A stretch of DNA of 64,000 bases. Source: Mobula hypostoma (taxonomy: Eukaryota). This document shows, in pieces, positions 51,038 to 62,619 of the stretch. Under the pieces are notes generated by a model. The model was not told the origin of the DNA. It did no database searches and saw only the letters and a program-made list of their open reading frames with translations. Both the position numbers and the translations under genes were made by a program. Position 1 is the first letter of the stretch; every line of letters starts with the position of its first letter. The DNA lies in contig NC_086097.1 in NCBI RefSeq assembly GCF_963921235.1, positions 126,916,001 to 126,980,000 of the forward strand, written 5' to 3'.

Positions 51038-52509
51038 GTAGGATATCTGTTTTCAATCTTTAAGTCATAGAATGGGGTTGTGACTGACTTTATTTCCTGA
51101 AAGGTTTGTGTGCCTCCAAAGAGCAGCAATATGCTGTATGAGTGTATCAGTCAACCGCCCATCTCTACAAGCTTCAGTCACCATTAAGAACCAAGGGCTC
51201 CAGTGTTGCTGGAGTTGTATATCAGCCTCTGCAGGTTGAGGGGAGGTGCTTGTGGGCCAGGGGCCTGAGTGGGTTGCTCATTCACTATTCTGGGACCAGT
51301 TGCTGCTTTGATCAAAGCCTGATGGCAGGGTAGGTAGGTATGGCCTACTGCCTGGAGTTAAATGTCTTGTGAGCAAGTACTGGATGTGGGAGTTGGCAGT
51401 GTAGGTACTGTGGGGTCATGAGATGAAGTGAGAATTGTAGAGTGTCAAGTGAGGAGGTTGGAGGATTTGTGCCTGAGGAAAGGTTAGAATTAGAGATGGC
51501 AGAGTTAGGGACTAGGTTAATTAACAGTCAGGGTTAAGAATGATAAAGAATAGAGGTCAGAAGCACTTTGGGGGCATGGTGGGTGTTTGGGGTTTGAAGA
51601 ATTTGGACCTAGACAATTTGTTGAGACATTGGGTAATAGAGGTAGGAATCAGGAGTGATCAATAAGTTGGGGTCAGAGGTAATCAGATGTGATATTGGTT
51701 GGCAGTAAATATTAATAGAGGAAGATATGGAAGGTAGAAAGCAGCCTATCACAGTGGGGACCCTCTTCAGAAATGGTTGTGAAATCATTACCTGCTTCCA
51801 CAACTGTATGAACCAATTTCATGAGCAACATTACAGCAGGAACGACATTGTAAGATGGAATGTGATAAGCAAGTCATAACTGGTTCTAGAAGGTGCTTGG
51901 TCAAACTTCTGGACGAATACAAAAAGTGCCAGAAAAGGTCATCGTGGTGTTTTGCTCTGGGAGAAGAATGTTCTTAAACTCCAAGCATATAATAAGAATT
52001 AATTCATTATCTATTGAACAGGATTCACCACTGGTACTCCTTTAGGGGGATAAACAACCTCTTGCAAATAAGATTAACTTAAACATCTTTCTTGATATCA
52101 CATTGCATATTACTTTCTACTTCTTTTGGAAACAAATGCATCAAAGATGTATTGGCTATCTTTATCCACTCAGTATGTTCTCTCTTAGGTTGGAATTCAA
52201 ATTAATTTACTTATTCTATCAATGTAAGATGAATAAAAGAACTTGAAGGTTAACCAGAGGGCTTCAAGTCTGTTAACCCCACTCCCTCACAATTTCAACC
52301 CTGCATTTGAAATTCTCTTCAATACTGCAATTCTGAGTATTTCTACAAATAGTGTCTTAAATCCTAGAAGGTGCCTTTATTGTCTGATTTTTGGATTAAT
52401 CCATAGCTTAACTCAGTAGGTGAGCTGGATACTGTCCCTTTTATTAATGCTCTTCTACACCTTTCTCAAATCTTTCACTTGACAAATGAAAGGATGGTGT
52501 CAGTGCTTT

Positions 52510-53918
52510 AACAACAGGAATTCTGCAGATGCTGGAAATTCAAGCAACACACATCAAAGTTGTTGGTGAACGCAGCAGGCCAGGCAGCATCTCTAGGAAG
52601 AGGTGCAGTCGACGTTTTGGGCCGAGACCCTTTGTCAGGACTAACTGAAGGAAGAGTGAGTAATGGATTTGAAAGTGGAAGGTGGAGGGGGAGATCCAAA
52701 ATGATAGGAGAAGACAGGAGGGGGCAGGGTGGAGCCAAGAGCTGGACAGGTGATTGGTAAAGGGGATATGAGAGGATCATGGGACAGGAGGTTCGGGGAG
52801 AAAGACAAGGGGGGGGGAACCCAGAGGATGGGCAGGGGTATAGTTAGAGGGACAGAGGGAGAAAAAGGAGAGTGAGAGAAAGAATGTGTGTATAAAAATA
52901 AATAACGGATGGGGTACGAGGGGGAGGTGGGGCATTAGCGGAAGTTAGAGAAGTCAATGTTCATGCCATCAGGTTGGAGGCTACCTGGACGGAATATAAG
53001 GTGTTGTTCCTCCAACCTGAGTGTGGCTTCATCTTTACAGTAGAGGAGGCCGTGGGTAGACATGTCAGAATGGGAATGGGATGTGGAATTAAAATGTGTG
53101 GCCACTGGGAGATCCTGCTTTCTCTGGCGGACAGAGCGTAGGTGTTGAGCAAAGCGGTCTCCCAGTCTGCGTCGGGTCTTGCCAATATATAGAAGGCCAC
53201 ATCGGGAGCACCGGACGCAATATACGCATCGGGAGCACCGGACGTCTGGTGCTCCTGATGTGGCCTTCTATATATTGGCGAGACCCGACGCAGACTGGGA
53301 GACTACTTTGCTGAACACCTACGCTCTGTCCGCCAGAGAAAGCAAGGTCTCCCAGTGGCCACACATTTTAATTCCACATCCCATTCCCATTCTGACATGT
53401 CTACCCACAGCTTCCTCTACTGTAAAGATGAAGCCACACTCGGGTTGGAGGAACAACACCTTATATTCCGTCTGGGTAGCCTCCAACCTGATGGCATGAA
53501 CATCGACTTCTCTAACTTCCGCTCATGCCCCACCTCCCCCTCGTACCCCATCCGTTATTTATTTTTATACACACATTCTTTCTCTCACTCTCCTTTTTCT
53601 CCCTCTGTCCCTCTGACTATACCCCTTGCCCATCCTCTGGGTTCCCCCCCCCATCTTTCTCCCTGGGCCTCCTGTCCCATGATCCCCTCATATCCCCTTT
53701 GCCAATCACCTGTCCAGCTCTTGGCTCCATCCCTCTCCCTCCTGTCTTCTCCTATCATTTTGGATCTCCCCCTCCCCCTCCCACTTTCAAATCTCTTACT
53801 AACTCTTCCTTCAGTTAGTCCTGACGAAGGGTCTTGGCCTGAAACGTCGACTGCACCTCTTCCTACAGATGCTGCTTGGCCTGCTGCGTTCACCAGCAAC
53901 TTTGATGTGTGTTGCTTG
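52510..53918. mobile_element. Penelope-like element 3: near-perfect ~1.4-kb palindrome
   Basis: Arms at about 52541-53243 and 53244-53918, centred on gacgtc; tail at left; partial GIY-YIG on both arms. Confidence 0.93.
53816..53853 (+). ncRNA. Minimal hammerhead ribozyme motif
   Basis: tagtc-CTGACGA-agggtcttggcct-GAAA-C-GTC-gactg; the inverted copy at 52606-52643 has two core substitutions. Confidence 0.75.
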
Positions 53919-54239
53919 TTTCAATCACAAGGCTTTGTTTATTAATCCCACATAAACTTTGCCCTAAATAAACCTCCCTATAGAACTAATTTCCAAATCC
54001 TTTCTGGCAAAGATCTCACAACAGGAACAGAGTGCTCCAGGCTGTTCACTTCAAGATCATGGCATCAACAATCATTCTTCATTAAAACGAAAATTGGGTC
54101 AGAAAGAGAGGAAAGATAGGAAATGAAAATTAGTCAAAACTGATGCTAGTTTAAAATGATTGGAGCTGGTAAAACACTAGCAGAATGAGTCTTTTGTGAA
54201 GAGAAACTCTGATGTTCCTTTTTCTATTTGTACTGTTAG

Positions 54240-54293
54240 GGTGAAAAAGGACAACAGGGTGTTCCAGGAGAACAGGGGCCTTCAGGCACAAAG
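54240..54293 (+). CDS. COL21A1: 54-bp Gly-X-Y exon GEKGQQGVPGEQGPSGTK
   Basis: tttgtactgttag| and |gtatat; six triplets. Confidence 0.92.
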
Positions 54294-54392
54294 GTATATC
54301 TTGAATGAAATATTTCAGTGATTCAAACCAACAATTTTGGGTTCAGATGCAAAACATTAATTTTGATTTGCTTCACACCGCAATTGTTTTAG

Positions 54393-54446
54393 GGAGCTGA
54401 AGGAGCAGTGGGACAAGATGGATTACCAGGAGTTCCTGGAAAAAAG
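54393..54446 (+). CDS. COL21A1: 54-bp Gly-X-Y exon GAEGAVGQDGLPGVPGKK
   Basis: aattgttttag| and |gtaggt; follows a 99-bp intron. Confidence 0.92.
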
Positions 54447-55034
54447 GTAGGTACTTTCTGCTGTATTCCCAGTTTGGCCTTGTATAATTGTTGGATTGTA
54501 ATGGTTTCCCAAGGTGCTTTATTGCTCAGAACAAAGTGATGGAAAGTTCAAGTCTTTGACAAAATACAATATGGCCGAATGCACCAAGGAGTGTGAAGAA
54601 TGTAAGCCACATCCCACAGAGGTATGGTCCACCTTCCTTGAACCTGTTTCACCATTCAACCTGGCCATGACTGATCTAATCTTGGCCTCCTCTCCACTTT
54701 CCTGCATTTTCCCAGTGACTTTGACCATTCATTCACTAAAGTGGTATCTGCTGGTTACTTAGATAGGCTCTGGAATACAGAATGGGATCAACATTGGGCA
54801 GTTGGATACATGATACATTCCAAATCTCTCAGTCTCAGTATTTGAAAATAATATTAAATGTATCTTCCTGAAGTTTTTTGCAGGATCACGGAGTGTGAGC
54901 CAGTGCCCTTCATATATTGTTTACAAAATGCTTTTGCCATTCCTCAATTCATGACTCCAGTTCTATCTTCACTTTGTTTTGAAATATGAACTGAAATGAA
55001 GAAACTCTTTACAGATCCAGGACATTGTACTACG

Positions 55035-55405
55035 GACAGCGTGGTGCCATAGTTGGCAGCGCTAGTGAGTGGAGTTCATTCCTGACATCTGGAGCTGTCT
55101 GACTGGTGCTTGCAGGGTTCTTCCTGTGACCACAGAGGTCTCCTCCAGATGCCGTGGTTTCCTCTCACATCCCAAAGATATGTATATGGGTTGGTAGGTT
55201 AATTTGCCACTGTAAATGGACTCTACTGAGTATTTGAGTGTTAGAATATGTGGTGGCGGGGGGGGGGGGCTGCAGGGAGGGGGTGTCTGATAGGACTGTG
55301 GGGAGGATTAAAAGAAAAAGGATGAGTATAAAGTTTGTACAAATGGGTGGTTGATGATCAGTGTGACTTTGTTCATCTGAAGGCAGTTTCCTTGCTGTAC
55401 CTTTT
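55035..55405 (+). mobile_element. V-SINE/HE1-like SINE
   Basis: gagttcattcctg; ggtttcctctcacatcccaaagat...ggttaatttgccactgtaaat core; CR1-like tail. Confidence 0.7.
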
Positions 55406-56535
55406 GATCGCTCTTAACCTACCCAAAGCAAGACATTGGCTTTGTTATTTTAATCATTGAAATGAGCTTCCTTTGTACGCACCATCCTATTCAAAATCAC
55501 TGTTCTCAGTTATGATCCTCACTTCCAGCCCTCCCAGAGCTGAGGTCCACATTGGCCTCTTCTAGTCCAATTCCCACACTACTTGTGCTGGCCCAGCCTT
55601 GTTTTGGAACGTTGACAGTCTGCACACACTCTTGGAGAGCAGGTTAACATTTCATATAGGGTTCTGCTTCTGGCGCAGGCTTTGCCTGCAAAACCCCCTA
55701 CAGAGCAAACAACTCCACTCTGTGTCCTTGTGGTTAGGAACATCAAATAAACACTGTTCATTTGCCAAGTTGTGGCAGTTGACATTCATCAGGTTGGAAG
55801 TAAAGCTGGGCGCTCATGTCAAATAAAATGTTTCCCAGGCAGTTGGTCAGCAGAGTGGTCTCCAGCTGGCTGCGTCATTAAATTCCAACTGAAAAGATGG
55901 ATCTTATGATCTGTATACAGATACGTTGATGTATGACTTGTGTCCTTTCTGTTCAACATTACTGCTCTCGTTTTATAATTTATACTCCCAACCCTCACAA
56001 TTCTGCAATGTTGTGGACTATCATAGTATCGTCTTGTTCCCAACCCACTGCAGGCACTCATTCCTTTGTACTGTGGCAGCACTGTCTCTTACTGCTGGGT
56101 GCAGCTTCAACAACCCTCAGGAAGGGCATTGTACTTCAAAGCAGCCCACTGATTTAGTAACCCACCCACCATCGTTGACATTCAGCCCCTATGTCACCAT
56201 CGCACCATGGCTGCACAGTGTGCTGTCCACAAAAACATTGCTGTTTGTCACCTAGGCTACCTCAGCAGAATTTCCCTACCCATGACCTTTACCACTAAGG
56301 ACAAGGGCAGCAGTTTAATAGGAAGATCACCAACCACAATTCCCCTTCAAGTCCTGGAACTTCCGCTACCCAAAACATTGTGGAAGCACCTTCACCTGAA
56401 GGACTGTAGCAATTTATGAAGACTGTTTGCCACACTCTTCTCCATGGTTCAGAGGTTCATGTTAATGTCAAGGAATGCATGCACAATACAACCCTGATAC
56501 TCATCTTCACCAGATAGCCATGAAATACAGAAAAC

Positions 56536-57441
56536 CCGAAACTTCCACCATCTCCAGTGGGCTCCCACCACCAAGCACGTCTCCCCTCCCCCTGCCCTCG
56601 CACTTTCTGCTTTCTGCAGGGATCACTCCCTACGTGACTCCCTTGTCCATTCGTCCCTTCCCACGGATCTCCCTCCTGACACTTATCCTTGCAAGCGGAA
56701 CAAGTGCTACACCTGCCCCTATACTTCTTCCCTCACTACCATTCAGGGACCTAAACAGTCCTTCCAGGTGAGGTGATACTTCACCTGTGAGTCTGTTGGG
56801 GTTGTGTACTGTGTTCGGTGCTGCCGGTGTGGCCTCCTGTATATTGCTGAGACCCAACGTAGATTGGAAGACCGCTTCACCGAGCACCTGTGCTTTGTCC
56901 ACCAGAAGAAACGGGATCTCCCAGTGGCTACCCATTTTAATTCCACTTCCCATTCCCATTCCGATATGTCCATCCATGGCCTCCTCCACTGTCGTGATGA
57001 GGCCACACTTAGGTTGGAGGAACAACACCTTGTGTACCATTTGGGTAGCCTCCAATCTGCTGGCATGAACACTGATCTCTCAAACTTCTGGTAATGTCCC
57101 CCACTCCCCCTCCTTCATCACTTCCCATCTCCTTTTCCCTCTCTCACCTTATATCATCACCCGCCCATCACCTCCCTCTGGTGCTCCTCCCCCCCTTTTC
57201 TTTCTTACATGGCCTTCTGTCTCTTTCACCAGTCAACTTCCCAGCTCTTCACTTCATCCCTTCCCCTCCCGGTTTCACCTATCACCTTGTGTTTTTCTCT
57301 CTCCCCCCCAACCCCACCTTTTAAATCTACTGTTCAGCCTTTTTTTCTCCAGTCCTGCTTAAGGGTTTTGGTCCGAATTGTCGACTGTTTACTCTTTTCC
57401 ATAGATGCTGCCTGGCCTGCTGAGTTCCTTTTTGTGTGTTG
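56536..57441 (+). mobile_element. Penelope-like element 4 (related subfamily, no inverted arm)
   Basis: CKRNKCYTC...VYCVRCCRCGLLYIAETQRRLEDRFTEH; degenerate hammerhead near 57350; ends ttttgtgtgttg. Confidence 0.88.
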
Positions 57442-59559
57442 AACTAGAACATTAGACCCCAGTTCCCCAACCCCTGCCTCACACAAAAAGTATCGTGTCG
57501 CCTACCCACCAATTGGCAACAAGAGTGGAACGCAGAAAACTGAAGGAAACCAATATAAATTACAGTCCAATAATCACATAAATCTCAATTTCAAAACATC
57601 CTCTTGTCAGCATTGAGGACAGCAGCCGCACAAACTCAGTCCTTCCGTAATTACAGCTTTGTAATAAATGCTGGTCTCAGAAGCCCCAGGAATCCCTGCA
57701 ACAGGTGTGGTTTAAAGTGCAGTGATTAGAACAGGCCTTGATGAAAGGGATGTCATGAAGTATGATAGATTGCAATAAAACTCTGGTACTCTGGGCTGCT
57801 TGAGATGTGCTGGCTTGGCTTACTGTATGTTAGTTAATGCACCAAAATACTTTTAATTAGCAATTTTTAGGTTTTACTCAGTAATGTAATATATAACAAT
57901 TCATTTCCCAGTGTCCTGTGGGGGCATATCTTATTCTGATTGCTGAAAGTCGCTTCCGTTGTGATTGGTTAGTTTAGAAACTGCAGCTGCTTTTCCCATT
58001 GGACAGCTGCCTGATGTCCAGTTTCCAATGTCCTGGGTATGTAAAATAGTACGTGAAAGGGGCTTGTTCTCTTCTTCCTTTGTTTAAGCCAAGACAATAG
58101 GGAAGGTTTGCTCTGTGTGCACTTTTAACTAAGTATATTTGTTGAATATTCAGATTTGTGGTGTCTGTAACTCGGGGAACATGAATGTTTGCTCAAATTT
58201 TTACTGTTTGTAAATAATTGATATACCTATTCTAAGTCGACGAATTTCCTGTCTCACTTGCCGTACCTGTGAACCTGATACAACATTACATCCGGTGAAC
58301 TAGGTAAGATTAAAGAGGGCATGGAAACTGGGGCCCCTGTTAGCAAGCACAACAGCTAAGTCCGGGTAAGCGGAAAGACCACAGGAAGTATCGCCTGGTG
58401 AACCTGATGCAAAGTGTTGCAGTATCTGAATAGTCAGATAATGAATTATTGGGGTTTTAGCTGTAGCTGGGTCTGTCACCGCACATCACCTCATAAATGC
58501 TTTGTCTTCTAAGTTGCCGGATAAAGGATGCTCCTAACAGCAGTGGGACCTGTGAGATGTTAGTGAACAAGGCCAGCAGCAGACTATCCCCTTAATTCAC
58601 AGTATTTCAGGACTGGGACTGGATTAGAGGAAAAGTGAGGAGGATAAACTGAGTCAAACCAGATACAAAAAGTGGTAACGGAAAGTGTGGAGGGAGGGGA
58701 GAGGGGAAAGCAATGTGAGCTTTCTGTGAGCTTTGCAGCCTTTTGCCCTGCTATATGATGAACTGAGACCGAGGCTCTGGGCCTACTCCAGCTGCTCTGG
58801 GTTCCTATGTATGGACTCAATTTGGTTCAGAATACTGTTGCTTGCTTTTATGATTTGCATGATCTGTGTTTCTTTTCCCTCTTTCTCTGTACATTGGGTG
58901 TTGGCCTTTTTTTAAGTGGGTTCTTTCAGGTTTCTTTGTGGCTGCCTGTAAGCAGACTAATCTCAAGGTTGTATAATTTATAGACACTTGGATTATAAAT
59001 GTACTTTGAATTCTTTGATTCAGTAAAAGAAAACTATATAATTTTACATTTAGTAATGTTTATATATCAAAAAGATTATTTTGCATGCAAAAGTGAAGCT
59101 CAAAAGCTTTAAGCAGTCCTCTTCCTGTGTCAGTGAGTTTAATTAATATAACATCAACAATTATACTGTTAAAAAGACACCAGGGTCGATGCTGTTGTCG
59201 TTGGTAGAGCCATTGGCCTGCAGTTTTTTAGCGCGAGTTTTGGAAAAGAAAACAGCAAGATCAATCAGTTGACTGCATTCCTGCAATCTTTGAGTGCTTG
59301 GCACTTGGGAAGGTTAGGTTTAAGTGGAGTGGCCATTGTTGGAGTGGATCAGTGTTAGTGGCTTTGGCTGAAGAGGCTTAAGTGAGGAGAGGCAAAGGCT
59401 GAGGTAGGTTTCTGGTAAGTTTCCTTCTTTCTCTGTCTTTCACTGGCCGGTGGTGTAGTGAGAATGGGCTAGGGACAGCAGTGTGTTCTTCATGTAGGAT
59501 TTGGGAGTTCTGGGAGACCTCCAGTCTCCCTGATAACTAGATCCAGCTGCAGCTCCTTA

Positions 59560-59895
59560 CAAGCAGTAAGGAGGCACAATGAGGAACAGATGGGGAAGCA
59601 AAATGTGGATGGGTGCAAAAGGAACAGGGTTGTGGTCATGGGTGATTTCAGCTTCCCTAACATTGATTGGTACCTCCTTTGTGCAAAAGGTTTAGATGGA
59701 GTGGAATTTGTTTAGTGTGTCCAAGTAGCTTTTCAGCCGCAATATATAGACAGGCAGGCCGACTGCAGGAAAGGCCTTACTGGATCTGGTGCTAAGCAAT
59801 GAACCATGTCCAGTGTCAGATCTCTCAGTGGATGAGCATTTCAGAGACAGTGACCATAACTATCTGACCTTTACTACAGCCTTGGAACAGACTAT
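59560..59895 (+). mobile_element. CR1 endonuclease-domain fragment
   Basis: gtggtcatgggtgatttc (VMGDF) ... ttactggatctggtg (LLDLV) ... agtgaccataac (SDHN). Confidence 0.75.
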
Positions 59896-59909
59896 GTAGG
59901 ACAGTATTT

Positions 59910-62600
59910 AAGACCATAAGGCATAGGAGCAGAATTAGGCCATTTGGCCCATTGAGTGTGCTCCAGCATTCCATCATAGCTGATTTATTATCCTTCTCAA
60001 TTCCATCCTCCTGACTTCTCCCCATAACCTTTGATGCACTGACTAATCAAGAACCTATCAACTTCTGCTTTAAATATACTGATTGACTTGGCTTCCGCAG
60101 CTGTTTGTGGCACTGAATTCCACAAATTCAGTACCATCTGGCTAAAGAAATTCCTCAATGTCTCTGTTCTAAATGGACATCCCTCTATTCTGAGGCTGTG
60201 CCCTCGGTCCTATACTTCTGCCACAGAAGGAAACATCCTCCTCACATTCACCCTATTCAGACCTTTCAATACTTGATAGATTTCAATGAGATCCCCCTTC
60301 ACTCTTCTAAACAACCGTGAGTACAGACCCAAAGCCATCAAACGCACCTCATACATTAACCCATTCATTCCTGAAATCATTCTTGTGAACCATCTTGGGT
60401 CCCTCTCCAATGGCAACACATCTTTTCTTAGGTGAGGGGCCCAAAACTCCATGTGGGGTCTGACCAATGCCTTATAAAGTCTCAGCATTATATTCTTGTT
60501 TTTATATTCTGGTCCTTTTGAAATGAATTCTAACATTCCATTTGCCTTCCTCACCACCAACTCAACCTGCAAGTTAACCTTTAGGAAGACTTGCACGAGG
60601 ACCCCCAAGTCTCTTTGCAACTCTGAGTTTTGAATTTTCTCCCTATTTAGAAAGTAGACTCTGCTGGGTCTCAATACCACCCTCAGCAACTGGATACTGG
60701 ACTCCTTAATAGTAAGGCCACAGTCAGCCCATGTAGGCAGCAGTGCCCCTCATCCCACTACACCAAGCATTGGCACTCCCTGTGTCGCAGGATCCAGCTC
60801 AAACCATGTCATCAAGTTTGCGGATGACACAACAGTGGTTGGCCTTATCAAGAACGATGATGAGATTAAGTATAGAGGAAGTGAAGCGGCTGGTGGATTG
60901 GTGTGCAAAGAACAGTCTAATCCTGAGCATGGAGAAGATAAAGGAAATCATTGTGGGCTTCAGGAAGGTGCAGATGAGCCTTCCGCCTCTGTGAATACTG
61001 ACTCCTCCCTAGGAAGAGTTAAGAGCACAATGGTGCCTGGGAATTCACATCATGGATGACCTCACCTGGTCCCTTAATATCACCTCCCGAAACAAGAAGG
61101 CAGAGCAGTGCCTCCACTTCCAAAGAAGGTTGAGGCAAGCAAGACTCCTCCCTCTACCCCCAGCCCCTACATCTTAACTGCATTTTACAGGAGCACCATT
61201 GAGAGCATCCTGATAAGTTGCATCTCCATCTGGTATGGGAGCAGTCGAGCATCGGATCAGAAATCCCTACAAAGGACTGTGAGAACAGCTGAGGGGATCA
61301 TAGGGGTTTCCCTACCATCCATTGGGGACATTTAACAGGAGTGCTGCAAACGCAGGACCATAGAATTATCAAGGATACCATCCATCCATCCATCCATCCG
61401 GCATCCTCTTTGATTCTCTACCATCAGGCAGGAGGACATGATGCATAAAAACAAGAATGGTCAGGATGAGAAAAAGTTTCTTCCCCAAGGCCATTAGGCT
61501 TCTGACCTCCCTGCTGTGTTGTATTTGAAGTGTCACTGGTTAGTCCTGTTCTGTACCTTACAATATTTAATGTTAATGCACTTTAGTTTGTTATTTATGT
61601 GTGACTCATCTGTAGATTTTATCCCTACCTTCACAAGTTATCGTGTGTTGTATGTGTTATGTGTTCTTCTGTGCTTTACATCCTGGTTCAGAGAAATGTT
61701 GTCTTGTTTCTATATATTATGTTTTTATATCTTATATACATGTATGTAGTTAAATGATAATAAACTTGGCTGGATGTGACTTGACCACTGATGTCAGACT
61801 AACCTGCCTATAACTTCATTTCTTCTGCCTCCCTCCCTTCTTGAAGAGTGGAGTGATATTTGCAACTTCCAATCCTCCAGAACCATTCCAGAATCTAATG
61901 ATTCTTGAAAATTGTTACTCTACTGCCACAATCTCTTCAGCTTCTTTCAGATCTCTAGGATGTACCCCATAGTCCAGGTGATTTATCTACCTTCAGACCT
62001 ATCATCTTCCCAAGCACCTTCTCCCTAGTTATAGCAACAACACTCACTTCTGACCCCTGACACTCTCAAATTTCTAGCATACTGCTAGTGTCTTCCACAT
62101 TGAAGACTGACGCAAAATGCTTATTAAGTTCATCTTCCATTTCATAGTCCCTATTACTGCCTCTCTGGTGTAATGTTCCAATGGTCCAATATCCACTTTG
62201 GCCTCTCTTCTGTTCTTTATATAAGCTGAAAAAACTTCTGGTGCCCTCTTTTATATTATTGGCTAGCTTGTCTTCATATCTTGTCTTTTCTCTCTTATGG
62301 CTTTTTAGTTGCCCTCTGTTTCTCCAAGCTTCCCAATCCTCTAACTTCCTGCTAACTTTTGCTATATTATATGACCTCTCTTTTGCTTTTGTGCTGTCTT
62401 TGACTTCCCTTGTCAGCCAAGGTTGCCTCATTCTTCCTTTAGAATACTTCTTCATCTTTGGGATGTATCTAATCTGCACCTTCTGAATTGCTCCTAGAAA
62501 CTCCAGCAATTGCCTTTCAGCCGTCATCCCTGCTAGTTTCCCCTTCTTTGGCCAGCTCCTTACTCATGCCTTTGTAGTTCCCATTATTCCACGGTAATAC
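59910..62600 (-). mobile_element. CR1 remnant split by a Rex1-like insertion
   Basis: LRLYKALVRPHMEFWAP...GDLIEIY; QPWLTREVKDS...LNKHFASVF. Confidence 0.85.
60660..61785 (+). mobile_element. Rex1-like LINE 3' part
   Basis: aagtttgcggatgacaca (KFADDT); FYRSTIESILISCISIWYGS; 3' tail taataaacttg...gacttgac. Confidence 0.85.
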
Positions 62601-62619
62601 TGATCTTAGTCCAAGTGTA

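Noticed and set aside
57885..58700. Possible LTR plus gag remnant
   Set aside because: LTR-like composition, but no partner LTR, TSD or protein motif could be confirmed.
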